From: Candidatus Gastranaerophilales bacterium
GTDB taxonomy: Bacteria > Cyanobacteriota > Vampirovibrionia > Gastranaerophilales > Gastranaerophilaceae
Direction: 5' to 3'
DNA: 64,000 nt
Assembly: GCA_900766355.1 (NCBI GenBank)
Contig: CAAFVD010000064.1
Span: 100,585-164,584 of the forward strand
Position 1 is the stretch's first letter, and each line of letters begins with the position of its first letter. The notes beneath the pieces are model-generated. The model was not told the origin of the DNA, did not search any database, and saw only the letters and a program-made list of their open reading frames with translations. Positions 39,930 to 49,625 of the stretch are shown here, piece by piece. Made by a program: the position numbers and the translations under genes.

Positions 39930-40770
39930 TTTTTGCTAAAATCAATTTGTCGAAGTTAGTTATTGTTTTAATTTTTGTTTCAATTTCTGATTCTTTTATT
40001 TCTGTAATAGTTTTATATTTTCCAACTATTGAGACTTTATCTTCAGATGTGTTCCAAACAAGAAGTTCGTTGAATTCAATATCGTTTTTTAAACTTTCAA
40101 TGATTTTGTTTTTAATAGATTTGTTTTCTGTATCAATAAGTATTGCAGTTGTTGATTTGATTAGGTTGTATGCCCAAATACAAATAACAGTACCACCCAA
40201 GAAGCCGACAACAGGGTCTAGTGCTATCCAACCAAGATATTTGCCTGCAAATAGTGCAGATATTGCAAAGACGGAAGTCATCGCATCTGCCAATATGTGC
40301 ATATATGCTGATTTAAAATTGTAATCTTCGTGTTCTTGGTTGTGTTTGTGTCCAATATGATGTTGATGACCTCCCATAATAAGAATACATACACTGTTTA
40401 CAATTAAGCCTATAATCGCAATAATAATAGCTTCGTTAAAACAAATGTTTAGGGGGTTAAATATTCTATCAATTGATTCAAATATGATTAAAATACCTGT
40501 TAAACCAAGTAGGATTGAACTTGCAAATCCTGATAATGTACTGAATTTACCTGTACCAAAAGCAAATTTATCAGAAAATTTTAATTTTCTTATCAAAACA
40601 TAAGTTATAAATGTTATAGAGAGAGCAAAAGCGTGTGTTCCCATGTGCCAACCATCAGCGAATAAAGCCATTGAGTGCGTAATATAACCTATTACAATCT
40701 CAATAAACATTGTAATTATGGTTAGAATAATAACTAATAATGTTCTTTTTTCTCGAGATTGGTCTGTCAT
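39922..40770 (-). CDS. Cation diffusion facilitator (CDF) family metal efflux transporter
   Basis: 282 aa. 6 TM, HxxxD-type metal-site motifs (GHQHHIGHKH loop), and a C-terminal cytoplasmic domain. Confidence 0.85.
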   Translation of the reverse strand: MTDQSREKRTLLVIILTIITMFIEIVIGYITHSMALFADGWHMGTHAFALSITFITYVLIRKLKFSDKFAFGTGKFSTLSGFASSILLGLTGILIIFESIDRIFNPLNICFNEAIIIAIIGLIVNSVCILIMGGHQHHIGHKHNQEHEDYNFKSAYMHILADAMTSVFAISALFAGKYLGWIALDPVVGFLGGTVICIWAYNLIKSTTAILIDTENKSIKNKIIESLKNDIEFNELLVWNTSEDKVSIVGKYKTITEIKESEIETKIKTITNFDKLILAKIT

Positions 40771-40801
40771 TTTGATACTCCTCCGAATTTTTTACCAATA
40801 A

Positions 40802-40824
40802 ATATGGGGCAAAATGCCCCATAT
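40802..40824 (-). terminator. Hairpin terminator after Cys-rich protein gene
   Basis: atatggggc-aaaat-gccccatat is a perfect 9-bp GC-containing stem. Confidence 0.45.
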
Positions 40825-40831
40825 TCCTTAG

Positions 40832-41110
40832 CTATTTTTCGCAATCACATTTAATGAATTTTTTTACAAAACTTTCGTGTGATTTTTGACATGCAGGACA
40901 TGTACATTTACAGTCTTTACAGGTACATTTAGGGTTGTGACATTTACAATCTGCACCACATTTACAATCGCCTTTTCTACAACAATGACAATCACATTTT
41001 TTTTGACAACCGCATGTACATTGGTCAGCAGTTGTTGTTGCTGCGTTTGCAAACCCTACAGTTGCAAACATAAGAGAAAGAGCAAATAATCCAATCGCTA
41101 ATTTTTTCAT
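40832..41110 (-). CDS. Secreted cysteine-rich metallothionein-like protein (24 Cys in ~68-aa mature part)
   Basis: 92 aa. Signal peptide MKKLAIGLFALSLMFATVGFANA, then CTCGCQKKCDCHCCRKGDCKCGADCKCHNPKCTCKDCKCTCPAC... RBS ggagaa. Monocistronic. Confidence 0.6.
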   Translation of the reverse strand: MKKLAIGLFALSLMFATVGFANAATTTADQCTCGCQKKCDCHCCRKGDCKCGADCKCHNPKCTCKDCKCTCPACQKSHESFVKKFIKCDCEK

Positions 41111-41130
41111 AATGTTCTCCTTTTTTTTAT

Positions 41131-41155
41131 TACTACACCCTACGGGGGTCTAGTA
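41131..41155. promoter_or_regulatory. GC-rich pseudo-palindrome (candidate CsoR-type operator) upstream of Cys-rich gene
   Basis: TACTAcACCCtacGGGgGTcTAGTA sits just downstream of a minus-strand TTGACA...TATATT promoter. GC-rich in an AT-rich intergenic region. Confidence 0.35.
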
Positions 41156-41220
41156 ATATAATAACCCCTTTTGTTTTTTTGTCAAGAGGTTAAAATAAAA
41201 GTTTTTGGTATAATGTTGTA

Positions 41221-41991
41221 ATGATACAAGATATTGCACCACATGTTTTTTATAATCATTATAAAAATACTAAACCTTCAAAAGGTGATTGTATTCTATC
41301 ATTTGTTGGCAAAACCGTTGCTATAACGGATTTTAGCAATACCCCAGTGAGGTATCTGTTCTCTATTGATGATACAAAATATTTCTTATCAATGGAAGAA
41401 ATTAATGCTGAATATGTACCTATAGGCGATTATAAGGAGAAAACTACAAAATTTATCCTTGAAACGGCACATCAAATATACCGTTGGTATTCGCATAACA
41501 AATTTTGTGGTCAATGTGGTACTCCACTTGAACATTCGGATAAAGAGAGAATGTTGCATTGTTCAAAATGTCATCTTCAAATATATCCGAAAATTTGTCC
41601 GGCCGTAATAGTTGGAGTTATTAATAAAGATAAATTGTTGCTTACAAGATACAATGGTCGTGAGTATAAACATTATTCCTTGATTGCAGGATACAATGAA
41701 ATCGGTGAAACTATAGAAGAAACAGTCCATCGTGAGGTCATGGAAGAAGTCGGATTAAAAGTTAAAAATCTCAAATTCTACAAAAGTCAGCCTTGGGCTT
41801 TTTCTGAAACTTTATTAATGGGCTTTTGGGCAGAATTGGATTCAGATAGTGAGATTACACTTGATAGAACAGAGCTCGAAGAAGCTAATTGGTTTAAGGC
41901 AGAAGAAATTGAACTGAAAAATGACGGCATAAGCCTTACTCATGAGATGATAACCTTGTTTAAGAAAAAGTCTATCGCTTCATTAATTTAA
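41221..41991 (+). CDS. nudC: NAD+ diphosphatase (NADH pyrophosphatase) NudC
   Basis: 256 aa. Zinc ribbon CGQCGTPL...CSKCH plus a Nudix box. TGgTATAAT extended -10 lies upstream. Confidence 0.85.
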   Translation: MIQDIAPHVFYNHYKNTKPSKGDCILSFVGKTVAITDFSNTPVRYLFSIDDTKYFLSMEEINAEYVPIGDYKEKTTKFILETAHQIYRWYSHNKFCGQCGTPLEHSDKERMLHCSKCHLQIYPKICPAVIVGVINKDKLLLTRYNGREYKHYSLIAGYNEIGETIEETVHREVMEEVGLKVKNLKFYKSQPWAFSETLLMGFWAELDSDSEITLDRTELEEANWFKAEEIELKNDGISLTHEMITLFKKKSIASLI

Positions 41992-42685
41992 GCTTTTGTT
42001 TTGTTGATTTATCGACTTTTAATGACTCAATTATTTTTTGAATGGATTTGTTATAAGTCCAATCATCAAGTTTTGTAGTTTTCAAAAACTCTGTTGTTTC
42101 TGTAGGATATTCTACAAAACACATTGAAACCAACCACGCAGCAGCCATTTGTGCATAATATTTTTTAGAATTAAAAGTGTTTAATATTTCAAAAATCTTA
42201 GCAAGGTAATCTTCTTCAATAAAATATTCAAGCATAATAACAAGGGCAAATCTGTTGTTGTATTCTTTTTTTGATTTTAGGTATGGTTGAATAAATTTCC
42301 AAACTTGTTGTTTGTTATCTTTTACGCATTTTAAAGAGTTGCAAAACTTGTCACAAACAGACCAATTATTTATCTTTGGAACAAATTGTTTCACAAGTTC
42401 AAAATCACCTGTTTTTGCAATTAACATACCTTGGAGCATTGTTTCTTCCATATAAATGCAAGGTTGGTTTAAAAAAGGTTTCCAGTCTGTCTTGTACAGT
42501 TCTTTTACCAATTTATTTAATTTTGGGATTCTTACTCCCAATACATTATCTATGTTAGGTATCAAAGCTGATGAAAAAACTCTGTATTTTTCTTCTGCTT
42601 CCTGTTCTAATCTTTTTCTTATCTCCATTATATCAATCCTTGAAATATAGTTAATATTATTATATTTCAAGATATTATCTGCCAC
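41972..42685 (-). CDS. DNA alkylation repair protein (AlkC/AlkD HEAT-like repeat family)
   Basis: 237 aa with an N-terminus typical of PF08713. Confidence 0.65.
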   Translation of the reverse strand: MADNILKYNNINYISRIDIMEIRKRLEQEAEEKYRVFSSALIPNIDNVLGVRIPKLNKLVKELYKTDWKPFLNQPCIYMEETMLQGMLIAKTGDFELVKQFVPKINNWSVCDKFCNSLKCVKDNKQQVWKFIQPYLKSKKEYNNRFALVIMLEYFIEEDYLAKIFEILNTFNSKKYYAQMAAAWLVSMCFVEYPTETTEFLKTTKLDDWTYNKSIQKIIESLKVDKSTKQKLKLMKR

Positions 42686-43559
42686 AAGGTTTGCATTCAG
42701 CTTCCTTTATACTGCGCCCAAAGATTAACCTTAGCCCACCCAAATGCTTTCTAAGAGTTTGTCGAACTCCACAAGATATAGCGTTTGTATTGGCTATCAA
42801 GTTTTGGGTTTCGTTTATGGTTGAGGATATATTCGGGATACTTTTATTTATACCGACAGAGGTGTCATAAACACTTTCGGTTATTCGTTCAACATTGTTA
42901 GAAGAACGATTTATTGTATTGACTATTGATTCCAATTCTTCTTGTTTAATTGAGTTATTCACTTTTATACTGGCATTATCTATGTTAGAAGATATTTTGC
43001 GAATGTTGTTTGTTGTACCCTTTAAATTGCTTCGGTTTTCGTTTACAACATCTTGAAGTAATACGAATAATCCTCCTAACTCTTCGATTGTGGAGTTAAG
43101 ATTTTCTGAGGAATTTCTCAAGTTTTGTTTTATGGCCTCTAAATCCTCAATTCTTTGATTATGAGTAAAGGTCTCCAGTCCTACGGTTGCATATCCTTTT
43201 AAGTATGTACCGTTTGATATCAAGGTAGTGGACGGATTTTCAGGATATAATAGCTCAAGATAATCTTTTGTCTTACGGTTTTTGACAATTTGCCTTAATT
43301 CAACTTCGGTATTTATAGGCAGATGAAGATTACGAGGATAAAGAACAACTTTCATCAAGGTGTGTTGATAATCGTTTGAGTGTTTTTTCTTTTTAGCTTT
43401 ACCTATAATTATGCCTTTGTAATAAACAGGTAAATTCTTTTCGTGTGGACGTAATTCATTGAACTGAACAACGATATGCGTATAGCTAAGTTGTTTGTAG
43501 ATAAATATTCCCATAAGGACAAAAAATAAAATAAGTAATAATATAACAATTCTTTTCAT
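42675..43559 (-). CDS. MCE-family (MlaD/PqiB-like) membrane protein
   Basis: Start at MKRIV (43559) with one TM, an MCE-like beta domain (VVQFNELRPHEKNLPVYYKGIIIGKA), and a coiled tail. The ORF-track ORF extends to 43658. Confidence 0.5.
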   Translation of the reverse strand: MKRIVILLLILFFVLMGIFIYKQLSYTHIVVQFNELRPHEKNLPVYYKGIIIGKAKKKKHSNDYQHTLMKVVLYPRNLHLPINTEVELRQIVKNRKTKDYLELLYPENPSTTLISNGTYLKGYATVGLETFTHNQRIEDLEAIKQNLRNSSENLNSTIEELGGLFVLLQDVVNENRSNLKGTTNNIRKISSNIDNASIKVNNSIKQEELESIVNTINRSSNNVERITESVYDTSVGINKSIPNISSTINETQNLIANTNAISCGVRQTLRKHLGGLRLIFGRSIKEAECKPCGR

Positions 43560-43639
43560 AATTGTAATATTAAATAAAATAACAATTTTGTAATTAACCA
43601 AATAGGTATAACTGTTTAGGTAAATGAATTTGCTAAAAA

Positions 43640-44593
43640 TTGTTAAATAAAATGGCAAAAAATTCTATTAGAAGTTTTATATTAATTGTTATGCTGGCAA
43701 ATACAAATTATTATAATAACACTCATAATCCGTCTTTTGGAGCTAAAAATGTCTCAATACGCAAGGCTGATAAAATTTGCCGCCTTGTAAATAAAGAGTT
43801 TCCAATGGCTTCAAGTACTAAAATGATTAATTATAAATCTGTCTATACAACAAGACAATCAAAGAGGTTTTTTGAGTACATAGGCGATATGATTATGAAT
43901 TTGAGGGAGTATTATTTCTCTAATAATGAGGGAGAAACTCAAATAAGAATGTTAATGGGGCTAAAGAAAACAAAAACCGGAAATTGTTTTGAAAAAGCCC
44001 ATGCAACAAATGTTGCACTAAAAATAAATGGGTATAAAGATGTTAATACTGTTTCTTTGTATGCAATAAATAATAAAACCGGTGAAATAAGAGATTTGGA
44101 TCATATTGTATCTGCTGTCAATTTAGGCTTACCAAAAGACTATCATTATTGGGACGGTAGAGAAAAGGTTACAAAAGAACATTTTGTAACACCAAACAAG
44201 AAAACAATATTGCTTGATTCTTGGGCTGGGGTTGCTGATAATATAACCTCTATGCAAGCCAATTATAAAGGGAATATCAGACTCTCACAAAAATTAGAAC
44301 CTAATGAAAGACTTATGTTTTTACCTGGTAAGTCGTTTGAATTAAGCAAAGAGGATATCGATTATTTCAAACTAAAATATCCAAACCTGTTGTTGAGGCA
44401 AGATAAAGAATTTAAAATAAATAGAGATTTATTAAATGATTCCAGATATAATTTGTCAGAAATGTCAGATAATATAATCAGAAATGTAAAACAAGAGCAT
44501 CATATCGGGGCCAAAAACAAACCAAAGAATAATCATGACGAATTTTGGTCAACTGTAATGTCAATATTCAGTGACTCTACAACTATATTTTAG
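43640..44593 (+). CDS. Hypothetical exported protein, possible transglutaminase-like Cys protease fold
   Basis: 317 aa with an N-terminal hydrophobic segment. TGNCFEKAHATNVALKINGY...DLDHIVSAV matches the Cys/His/Asp order of transglutaminase-like enzymes, weakly. Confidence 0.3.
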   Translation: MLNKMAKNSIRSFILIVMLANTNYYNNTHNPSFGAKNVSIRKADKICRLVNKEFPMASSTKMINYKSVYTTRQSKRFFEYIGDMIMNLREYYFSNNEGETQIRMLMGLKKTKTGNCFEKAHATNVALKINGYKDVNTVSLYAINNKTGEIRDLDHIVSAVNLGLPKDYHYWDGREKVTKEHFVTPNKKTILLDSWAGVADNITSMQANYKGNIRLSQKLEPNERLMFLPGKSFELSKEDIDYFKLKYPNLLLRQDKEFKINRDLLNDSRYNLSEMSDNIIRNVKQEHHIGAKNKPKNNHDEFWSTVMSIFSDSTTIF

Positions 44594-45650
44594 AAAATAG
44601 TTTTTTGTTTAAATATTTTAAACATTCTCCAATATAGGTTGTGATAATTATTCCAATAACAAAATAGAAATATGTCGTTTTTAGTGGGAAATAAAACCAA
44701 TAAATATCAGCATTGTTTTTTATGTCAAATGGTATTCCTTTAATTGTAAGGAATGAGTATGTTATTAAATTAAAGATTAATAGGTGATTAGCCATTATAT
44801 GATAGGTGTTATGTCCTACTTTTTGTAAGAATTTCCAATCTTTTATTATATCAAATGTCTTTTCTACAAGGAATAAACAAATCCAAATTCCTGTTATACT
44901 TGTCAAAATCGGAACAATCCAGTTGTTGTAATTGCCCCATACTAATAAAAAATGTAGACCTATTCCATCTTGTGCGGTGAAATCTTTATTTGTAAGCCAC
45001 AAGATAGATTGTAGAATTAACATACAACTCAATATTTTATATGAAAAAATGTCATATTTGCCTTCAATGTTATTTTTATACATATATCCTAAGTGAACAA
45101 AAAATAGAGCAAACATAGTTCTTAATATCCACAATAGATAAATGTTTTCGGAATATGATTGCAGTTGTATTGCACATAAAGAAAGCAAGAAAAATAATCC
45201 GAGTTTTAGGATATTATTGATTTTTAGGTATGAAAATAGTTTGTATATGATAAGAGTGATAAATAAACAAGGAACAAACCATAGTGGGGATATCAAATCT
45301 AGTTGATGCCCCGTTAGAAAAGGTATTAATAATTCATTTTTCAGAGTAATTGGAAGTCCCCAAAATTTACCGAACATAGGTGTTAGAGCCTTAGTTATTC
45401 CTATATATGCAAAAGAATACAAAAAATAGGGTAGTAAAAGAGATTTACATCTTCGCTTTGTAAATTCTATAAAAGAATAATTTTCCTTATACAGTATTCC
45501 TGCAATAAAGAAAAATAAAATTACCTGAAAGGAATAAGGCGGAAACATCGGAATCAGAGAAAATTCCAAATGCCCAGCTACTACAATCAGAATAGCTAAT
45601 GCTTTTAGAATATTAATCTTGTTGTTAAAAACCTCAGGCATACTAAACAT
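44583..45650 (-). CDS. Acyltransferase family 3 (OafA/YrhL-like) membrane protein
   Basis: 355 aa, ~10 TM, N-terminus typical of acyltransferase_3. Confidence 0.7.
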   Translation of the reverse strand: MFSMPEVFNNKINILKALAILIVVAGHLEFSLIPMFPPYSFQVILFFFIAGILYKENYSFIEFTKRRCKSLLLPYFLYSFAYIGITKALTPMFGKFWGLPITLKNELLIPFLTGHQLDLISPLWFVPCLFITLIIYKLFSYLKINNILKLGLFFLLSLCAIQLQSYSENIYLLWILRTMFALFFVHLGYMYKNNIEGKYDIFSYKILSCMLILQSILWLTNKDFTAQDGIGLHFLLVWGNYNNWIVPILTSITGIWICLFLVEKTFDIIKDWKFLQKVGHNTYHIMANHLLIFNLITYSFLTIKGIPFDIKNNADIYWFYFPLKTTYFYFVIGIIITTYIGECLKYLNKKLFSKI

Positions 45651-45795
45651 CTACTTTTGTTGGTTATATTTTATAATAAACAATTTTGTTGGGGTAGAAC
45701 TATAATGAATAAGTTGTGAAATCTAAGAATGTTTCTACATTAAACATTTGATGTAATAATATAATCGGAGGATGGTTATGCCTATAAATTCTATA

Positions 45796-46119
45796 TTATT
45801 TAACAACCTTAGGTGCTTTTTGAAGGCTATCTTTTATCATTTTAGCTCCTTCAAAGTATGCCTTTTTTGCGATGCTATCAAGCTTTAGAGAATCATTCAT
45901 TCTTTTTGCTTGAGCTTCCAAGAAATCAATATCTTTTGTTTTACCAGCTTTAACAAGATTGCTATATCTTGCAGAATCTTTCATTTGAATTTCTTTATTT
46001 AGGTTATTTATATTATTAGCTTTATTAGTTTCATGTTTATAATGTACTGCTCCCAAAGAACCAATACCTGCCAAAAGTATTACGGTGTTTATACATCTGT
46101 CTAATGTTCTAGCTTCCAT
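45796..46119 (-). CDS. Hypothetical membrane-anchored protein
   Basis: 107 aa with one N-terminal TM. Confidence 0.3.
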   Translation of the reverse strand: MEARTLDRCINTVILLAGIGSLGAVHYKHETNKANNINNLNKEIQMKDSARYSNLVKAGKTKDIDFLEAQAKRMNDSLKLDSIAKKAYFEGAKMIKDSLQKAPKVVK

Positions 46120-46229
46120 TTATACTTACCTCCTTTTACACAATACCCTATAATTATACAATTAAAATTTTTGCAGAACATTATGCTTTCTCAAAGCTTT
46201 ACATTAATTCATTATTGTTTGAATATCCA

Positions 46230-47339
46230 TTATTTACCATAATTTAAACAATGTTCTATATTTTCTTTTGGTAAAAACATGAAGCCAGTCGTTTGTGGTG
46301 CGTTTGCTCTTGTTCCACCATTATTAAGCCAAGTTGCGAATTCTTCATTAATCGAAGGATTGCTAAATCTAAATCCTAATTTGTAGTAGAATCCAGCAGG
46401 AGAACCAACTTTGTCTATATCTTGAGCATCAAGTGTTACTCGTCCTTGGGTTAAAGGGTTTTTAAGACTTTCTTCAACAACGCTTTGGACTGCATTTGTT
46501 CCAGTTTTAGCTCCATTACTACGCAACAAATCTATGTGGTAATGTGGTAAGAGTTCTTTTATTTCATTGTTTTGAACTGTATTTGTTTTAGCTTTACCTT
46601 TTCCTTTAATTTTGTTTATTTTGAATATAGTAGGTTGTGGCTCAAATTTTTCTATCCTTGTTTGAACATAATCTTTTGGAAAATCTCCGAATACTATAGT
46701 TCCACCTTCATCAAAATGCGTAAATTTTGTTGCAGGTCTTGAAGGTGTTTTTTCAAGAACTTTATAATGTCTATCTTTTATTTTTACTAAGTTATATTTA
46801 TCAGAAGAAAAAGCCTTTGTATCAAATATAACTTCATAATCATTTGGCTTGAAACCTTTTGTTGGAGTTTTTAAATCAAATTCAATCAATACCCCGTTTT
46901 GTGGCTGGTAGAAACTTTCTGCATATCTTTTGTTTATTTCAGGGGCGGTTGATGTGAAACCTTTGTTATTAAATACAAGTTTTTCTACTATATTTTGGTC
47001 ATCTTTGCAGTCTTGAATTCCTCTAACGAATTTCCCTGATATAGGTTCCGATTGATTGATTCCTTGTTTTAGGCAACTAACAATTTGATTAGATTTTATA
47101 GACAACGGTTCTGATTTTCGCAAATAGTAGTTTATATAAGGACTGTTTTGGTATTCTTTATAAGCTTTTTCTATTTCAGTATTAGAATGTTTAATTCTTT
47201 CAAATCTATCATTATCTAGTTTTAGATTCTTAAGCTTAATTCCAGTCGTATTGATTGGTTTAGTTTCTACTAAACTTCCTTTGGAAGTTGCTCGCAAATA
47301 CTCATACAGTTTTGGTTGTATTTTACTAACACTAATCAT
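46230..47339 (-). CDS. Hypothetical protein
   Basis: 369-aa ORF with no motif recognised. Confidence 0.35.
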   Translation of the reverse strand: MISVSKIQPKLYEYLRATSKGSLVETKPINTTGIKLKNLKLDNDRFERIKHSNTEIEKAYKEYQNSPYINYYLRKSEPLSIKSNQIVSCLKQGINQSEPISGKFVRGIQDCKDDQNIVEKLVFNNKGFTSTAPEINKRYAESFYQPQNGVLIEFDLKTPTKGFKPNDYEVIFDTKAFSSDKYNLVKIKDRHYKVLEKTPSRPATKFTHFDEGGTIVFGDFPKDYVQTRIEKFEPQPTIFKINKIKGKGKAKTNTVQNNEIKELLPHYHIDLLRSNGAKTGTNAVQSVVEESLKNPLTQGRVTLDAQDIDKVGSPAGFYYKLGFRFSNPSINEEFATWLNNGGTRANAPQTTGFMFLPKENIEHCLNYGK

Positions 47340-47656
47340 TCATATACCTACAATAATATTTCTCAAAAAGGGCTTTTATATATAAAGTATTTTAATTATA
47401 AAAAATTGATATAATGTGACATAATGTAAAAATAGTGAGCATATAACCGAAGTATGAATGAATTATTTTATATTAAAAAAGGTTAATGTTGTTTGGTATA
47501 TTTAATTGATTAAATTAAATCTTAATTTAATATTGTTAATATTGTTTTTTTGTATGTCGGGGGTGTAACAAAAAGTAAATAATTTCTATATGTATGAAAT
47601 AGAGTATGTCCTGATTACTTTATATATATAGATATTTGTATTTCGAGGGCTAAACT

Positions 47657-48733
47657 TTGCAAATCCATATTCAAAAAGGTGAAGGTATCACTCATGGTAT
47701 CAAAAGAGCTTTAGAAGCAAGTGGTACTGATACTTCAAAAATTAATGATAGTATTTGGTCTCAAGTTATGCAAGAAGTTTCTACTGAAAATAGCTCAAGA
47801 GAGGATAATAATAAAATTTATGAGGGTGGTAGTAATCTACAAGGTAATTATAAAGATAACTTTGTAGTGCGATTAGCAAAAGGAACCAGTGAAAAAATAA
47901 TAGAACTCGCTCAAGCTACTTGGAATAAAATAGTATCATTACTAACAGGTAATACAGAGTCAGTCGCAAAGCCTGTCACAGAACCAGTCACAGCTCCAGC
48001 CCCAGCTCCAGCCCCAGCTCCAGCCCCAGCTCCAGCTCCAGCTCCAGCTCCAGCTCCAGCTCCAGCTCCAGCTCCAGCTCCAGCCCCAGCTCCAGCTCCA
48101 GCTCCAGCCCCAGCTCCAGCTCCAGCCCCAGCTCCAGAACCCGAATCAGCTTCAAAACCGATAGTACCAAATGATAATAGTCGAAAAAAATTAACTAAAG
48201 AACAACTAAAACAAAAGGTTGATAATCTTAAACCTGGAGAAACATTTACATATCAACGAACAATATCTGGTCAAGGTTATAGTGAAAAAAGTCCAGTAAA
48301 ATATATAAGAAATGAAGATGGAACGCTTTCATTAGTTACCTACATGTTCAATGGTAAAAATGTTATACCTTTGACAACTACATATTCACAAGATGGCAAA
48401 GTCGAATCTCGCCAAGCAATATCAACAAAATATCAAGGTGCTATTGTAACTAGTGAATATGGTGATGATGGTAATGTCTCATCAAAAACTACAGATTTAA
48501 GTAATTTCCAAACAACAGGTAGCTCATTACAGTACAGGTTAGTGAGTGGTTTGCCTAATAGTAAAGCTACCGAACAAACGGTTAAAAGTAAAGATGGGCA
48601 AATTCTTGTAACATATAAAAATGGTCAGTTTTATAATGCAAAAGGCAAGGTGATAAATGAGGATAAAGTCTATAAAATATTAGAAAAAGCAAACAACAAA
48701 AAAGAGATAACTCAGCTGGTAGAACAATATTAG
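47657..48733 (+). CDS. Hypothetical protein with central (Ala-Pro)24 linker and C-terminal repeat domain
   Basis: 358 aa. The only in-frame start after the upstream stop is TTG at 47657, and the first ATG is at residue 36. The C-terminal domain shares Y-x-x-DG/K-rich motifs with 48946..49470. Confidence 0.45.
   Translation: MQIHIQKGEGITHGIKRALEASGTDTSKINDSIWSQVMQEVSTENSSREDNNKIYEGGSNLQGNYKDNFVVRLAKGTSEKIIELAQATWNKIVSLLTGNTESVAKPVTEPVTAPAPAPAPAPAPAPAPAPAPAPAPAPAPAPAPAPAPAPAPAPAPAPAPEPESASKPIVPNDNSRKKLTKEQLKQKVDNLKPGETFTYQRTISGQGYSEKSPVKYIRNEDGTLSLVTYMFNGKNVIPLTTTYSQDGKVESRQAISTKYQGAIVTSEYGDDGNVSSKTTDLSNFQTTGSSLQYRLVSGLPNSKATEQTVKSKDGQILVTYKNGQFYNAKGKVINEDKVYKILEKANNKKEITQLVEQY
47993..48136 (+). 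repeat. Perfect hexanucleotide tandem repeat (gctcca/gcccca x24) encoding (AP)24
   Basis: 144 nt of reiterated gctcca with occasional gcccca. The mirror ORF 47988..48170 (LELG...) is an artefact. Confidence 0.9.
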
Positions 48734-48798
48734 AATTTGATTATTGTTATAAAAATAATTAAAAAAGGTTTTAGCATATTGCTAAAACCTTTAAAATT

Positions 48799-48888
48799 CG
48801 GAAAAGGTGGGATTCGAACCCACGGTGCAGATTGCTCCACACAACACCTTAGCAGGGTGCCGCCTTAAGCCTACTCGGCCACTTTTCC
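48799..48888 (-). tRNA. tRNA-Ser (anticodon GCU)
   Basis: Reverse complement is GGAAAAGTGGCCGAGTAGG...CACCCTGCTAAGGTG...GGGTTCGAATCCCACCTTTTCCG. 7-bp acceptor stem, long variable arm, GCT anticodon loop. No encoded CCA. Confidence 0.85.
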
Positions 48889-48945
48889 ACAAGCTCCTGT
48901 CAAAGTATTTATATGGTAGCATAAACTTTTATTTTTGAAAAGGAC

Positions 48946-49470
48946 TTATTTAAATTGATAATAAGGATTCTTTTGGTTATAGTCTGCCAAAGATGTCCAT
49001 TCGCATTTTGGTTCGTTTACAGAAGCCAAATCTTCACTTCTTGAATCCCATCTGCCTTGTTTTGGATTGCCATATGTGATACCAGCATTATATGCAGATG
49101 TTTGTTTCATGTAGTTGTCAACATACTTGCCGTCTTTTGACAAAACCAAATCTTGTGACATATACCCACCATGAGGGAAGGTTTGATATTTTGTTATTGC
49201 TCTCGGATAATATCTGGTTTCAGAATAAGTACCGTTGTTTACTCCTAAATTTTGCCATGTGCTATGAGGTACTGTTCCTTTTTTATGTATATCACTTTTA
49301 GAAACAACATTTCGTTCTAAAACTTTTTCAACTTTACCTTCTTTGTTTACATAAGTAAGATAAGTTTTTGTATTATCATAAACCTTATTACCATCTTCTC
49401 GTATAACATTTTTAAAAATTTTATAACCGTTTTTGTTTACACCTAACAATTTACCTGGAATATTTACCAT
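48946..49470 (-). CDS. Hypothetical protein (repeat motifs related to C-terminal domain of 47657..48733)
   Basis: 174 aa with Lys/Tyr/Gly-rich short repeats (MORN/YwqK-like?). Confidence 0.35.
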   Translation of the reverse strand: MVNIPGKLLGVNKNGYKIFKNVIREDGNKVYDNTKTYLTYVNKEGKVEKVLERNVVSKSDIHKKGTVPHSTWQNLGVNNGTYSETRYYPRAITKYQTFPHGGYMSQDLVLSKDGKYVDNYMKQTSAYNAGITYGNPKQGRWDSRSEDLASVNEPKCEWTSLADYNQKNPYYQFK

Positions 49471-49564
49471 AACTATACACCACCTTTTTTACTAATTATA
49501 TATTGATAAAAACTTCAAATATTAAAAAATTGCTTATTCAATTAAGATATATTAAGCAAAATAA

Positions 49565-49584
49565 AAGCGAACCGAAGTTCGCTT
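49565..49584. terminator. Hairpin terminator (aagcgaac-cgaa-gttcgctt) downstream of small minus-strand ORF
   Basis: Perfect 8-bp stem flanked by an A-run (5') and a T-rich tract (3'). Confidence 0.45.
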
Positions 49585-49625
49585 AAAATTACTCTCAACT
49601 ATCTTACTAAATCGTTAGACCAAGA

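Noticed and set aside
40864-41089. Two overlapping ORFs (minus 40864..41052, plus 40886..41089) inside the Cys-rich gene
   Set aside because: Shadow frames of the acg/tgt-rich Cys-codon region. The signal-peptide-bearing frame with RBS and terminator is the coherent one.
47988-48170. Minus-strand ORF encoding LELGLELE... repeat protein
   Set aside because: Mirror-frame artefact of the plus-strand (gctcca)24 tract inside a gene with clear flanking domains.
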